Assembly (NCBI GenBank): GCA_965207735.1
Contig: OZ242296.1
Span: 3,328,001 to 3,392,000 of the forward strand
Direction of reading: 5' to 3'
Length of the DNA stretch: 64,000 nt
From: Candidatus Versatilivorator sp.
GTDB lineage: Bacteria; Acidobacteriota; Terriglobia; Versatilivoradales; Versatilivoraceae
The number at the start of each line of letters is the position of its first letter. Position 1 is the stretch's first letter. The notes beneath the pieces are model-generated. The model searched no databases. It saw only the letters and a program-made list of their open reading frames with translations, and was not told where the DNA came from. Position numbers and translations under genes: made by a program. Shown in pieces: positions 60,608-64,000 of the stretch.

Positions 60608-60793
60608 ATGTTTGTGACTTGCCCCAAATGCAACCGGGGACTTACCGTCAAGGAACTGGTGACCGATTCTCACCAGTGCAGAACGGAGAAGCCCTCCTAC
60701 CAGGCCACGCGGTCGAGCAGGACTCCCCGCAACCCGAAGTACATCAAGGACAACTTCGATTCCTTGGTTGCTGCTGCCCTGAAGAACTCCTAA
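60608..60793 (+). CDS. Small putative zinc-binding protein
   Basis: AAGGAG RBS; CPKC...HQC; 61 aa. Confidence 0.6.
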   Translation: MFVTCPKCNRGLTVKELVTDSHQCRTEKPSYQATRSSRTPRNPKYIKDNFDSLVAAALKNS

Positions 60794-60839
60794 AGGTTCT
60801 CCTCCCCCTAACCCCGGCGGCCGGCGGCTCGCCCTGAAC

Positions 60840-62689
<1,850 letters not shown>

Positions 62690-62693
<4 letters not shown>

Positions 62694-63043
62694 GGCTGTT
62701 CCTCCCGATCGCCTTGCTTCAGGCCTTGCATCTCGGCGTGGTGCCTGGCGTCAAGCCGGTTTAACAGCAGCGAATAGATCAGTATCAGGATCACGAAGAC
62801 GATGATGGACCCCTGCTGGGCAAACCAGAATCCCAGGGGATAGCCCCCCAGGCTGTAGGCGTTGAGAGAATCGGCAAAGAGAACCCCGCAACCGAGACCG
62901 GCGATCGCCCAAACCACCAGCAGCACCATCATGATCTTCAGGTTGGAGCGCCAGTAATGCTTCCGCGATTCCTGAAGAGCCGCGGTCAGAAACTCGGGGC
63001 GGGGCTGGGCGGGTGTGTCCTCCGACGATATCTGGTGAGACAT
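62690..63043 (-). CDS. DUF4212 small membrane partner of ActP-like symporter
   Basis: YWRSNL, GYPLGFWFAQQGSI; 4-bp overlap with symporter start. Confidence 0.9.
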
Positions 63044-63194
63044 GTCTTTCCTCTGGTTGAGCTGACGACTCGACGCAAAGGCGCCCATGTTACCAGCATT
63101 CGTTGGGTTTCGGAACGCCGCATTGCCCCCCTCCGGCTCGACGGCGGGCCGTGCCTTTGTGGGAGGTCGTGCGTTGGGGGACGCGGCTCTTAAT

Positions 63195-63280
63195 TCGCCG
63201 CCTACGCGGCTCGGTTGGCGTAGAACTCACACGACCCCGGGTTTCCACCCGGGGCTACACGAGGCCGCAGCTACGCTGCT
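63195..63280 (-). repeat. REP-like element family R1
   Basis: tcgccgcctacgcggct...ccccgggtttccacccgggg...gcagctacgctgc; homolog of 23685-23770. Confidence 0.65.
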
Positions 63281-63443
63281 CGATAAGGATGACCTTTAAG
63301 CGACCTTGTCTCAGGTAACCCACGCTAACCGCCGCATACGCGGCTCTCCCTTAACCCACGACACTGCCGGTGTATAGGATTTCAATTGACTATCTCCGGG
63401 CGCCTGCTCCCCAAATTGGCAAAACGTCCTTCAAGAAACTCAG

Positions 63444-63511
63444 TATCGCCCCCCCCTTGAAGGGGAGTCGCAGAGAAGTCGAGCCGAATGGCGAAGGCTG
63501 ATGCGGGGGGC
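63444..63511 (+). repeat. REP-like element family R2 variant
   Basis: cccccccttgaaggggagtcgcag...gcgaaggctgatgcgggggg; matches reverse complement of 59311-59418 pieces. Confidence 0.65.
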
Positions 63512-63661
63512 AATTACTCCTTGCGTTGGGACGGGGCAGACGGCAGTATGGGGGCTCTCACACACGGCGGTTGGCTGGAGATTTTCCGGCCGGGAGAACC
63601 GGGAAGGCTCGAATGCCGCCTGGAGTTCAAACTTGTTCGAATCAAAGGAGCTGAACCGACC

Positions 63662-64000
63662 ATGCAACGTCGAACTTTCTTAAGGACCGTAGGAGCCGCG
63701 GCTCCCGGGGCTTTGGCTGCACCTCTCGTCTCTGCATCGGCTGCCGGCCCGTCACCCTCCAAGGACTCCCGGGGATCCGGGGATCCGCGGGTCTTCTTCT
63801 TCGACGACGGGCGCCACGCCGCAGACCTGTACTGCTTCGAACCCCCAGTGACCCCTTCCGATCACGCCTTCATCGTAGACCAGCTCGCCAGCAGCGGTGT
63901 GGACGCCTTTGTCTATTTCGCCGGCGTCGAAGGGGGCACCATGCTCTACGACAGCAAGGTGGCTCAGATGTGGGGAGCGGAGGTCAAGCAATGGACCCAC
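63662..64000 (+). CDS. Tat-exported protein, probably glycosyl-hydrolase-like (GHL10-type) TIM barrel; 3'-truncated, absent from ORF track
   Basis: AAGGAG RBS; MQRRTFLRTVGAAA Tat signal; FFFDDGRH...VDQLASSGVDAFVY...LYDSKV; open to window end. Confidence 0.75.
   Translation, partial: MQRRTFLRTVGAAAPGALAAPLVSASAAGPSPSKDSRGSGDPRVFFFDDGRHAADLYCFEPPVTPSDHAFIVDQLASSGVDAFVYFAGVEGGTMLYDSKVAQMWGAEVKQWTH

Overview
GC-rich bacterial DNA. The gene content (two PSD1/planctomycete-cytochrome-c + DUF1501 pairs, a carboxypeptidase-domain TonB receptor, PQQ-like propellers) suggests Acidobacteriota or a PVC-like lineage, possibly host-associated (inference). Ordinary metabolic and transport genes occupy ~1-23.6 kb and ~51.8-64 kb. 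Between them is a ~28 kb mosaic island (~23.8-51.8 kb) that ends in a P4-like integrase remnant. The island carries a multi-PAS histidine kinase, a REC-PAS sigma54 activator, a fused kinase/OmpR regulator, two gene fragments and a 5434-aa Calx-beta/Ig-repeat autotransporter adhesin. The adhesin has a perfect sigma54 promoter with GTCTCA-N3-TGAGAC palindromes upstream. The most unusual signal is a ~420-bp non-coding element present as a diverged inverted pair near the island ends (24122-24553, 51097-51515), with a third partial copy inside (33503-33609). Its hairpins are conserved while their sequence changes, including a compensatory base-pair swap. Also seen: a DtxR/MntR-type operator over the TonB receptor promoter and several REP-like repeat families. 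No rRNA, tRNA or CRISPR array was recognised. All family assignments come from motif recognition by eye, not database searches.
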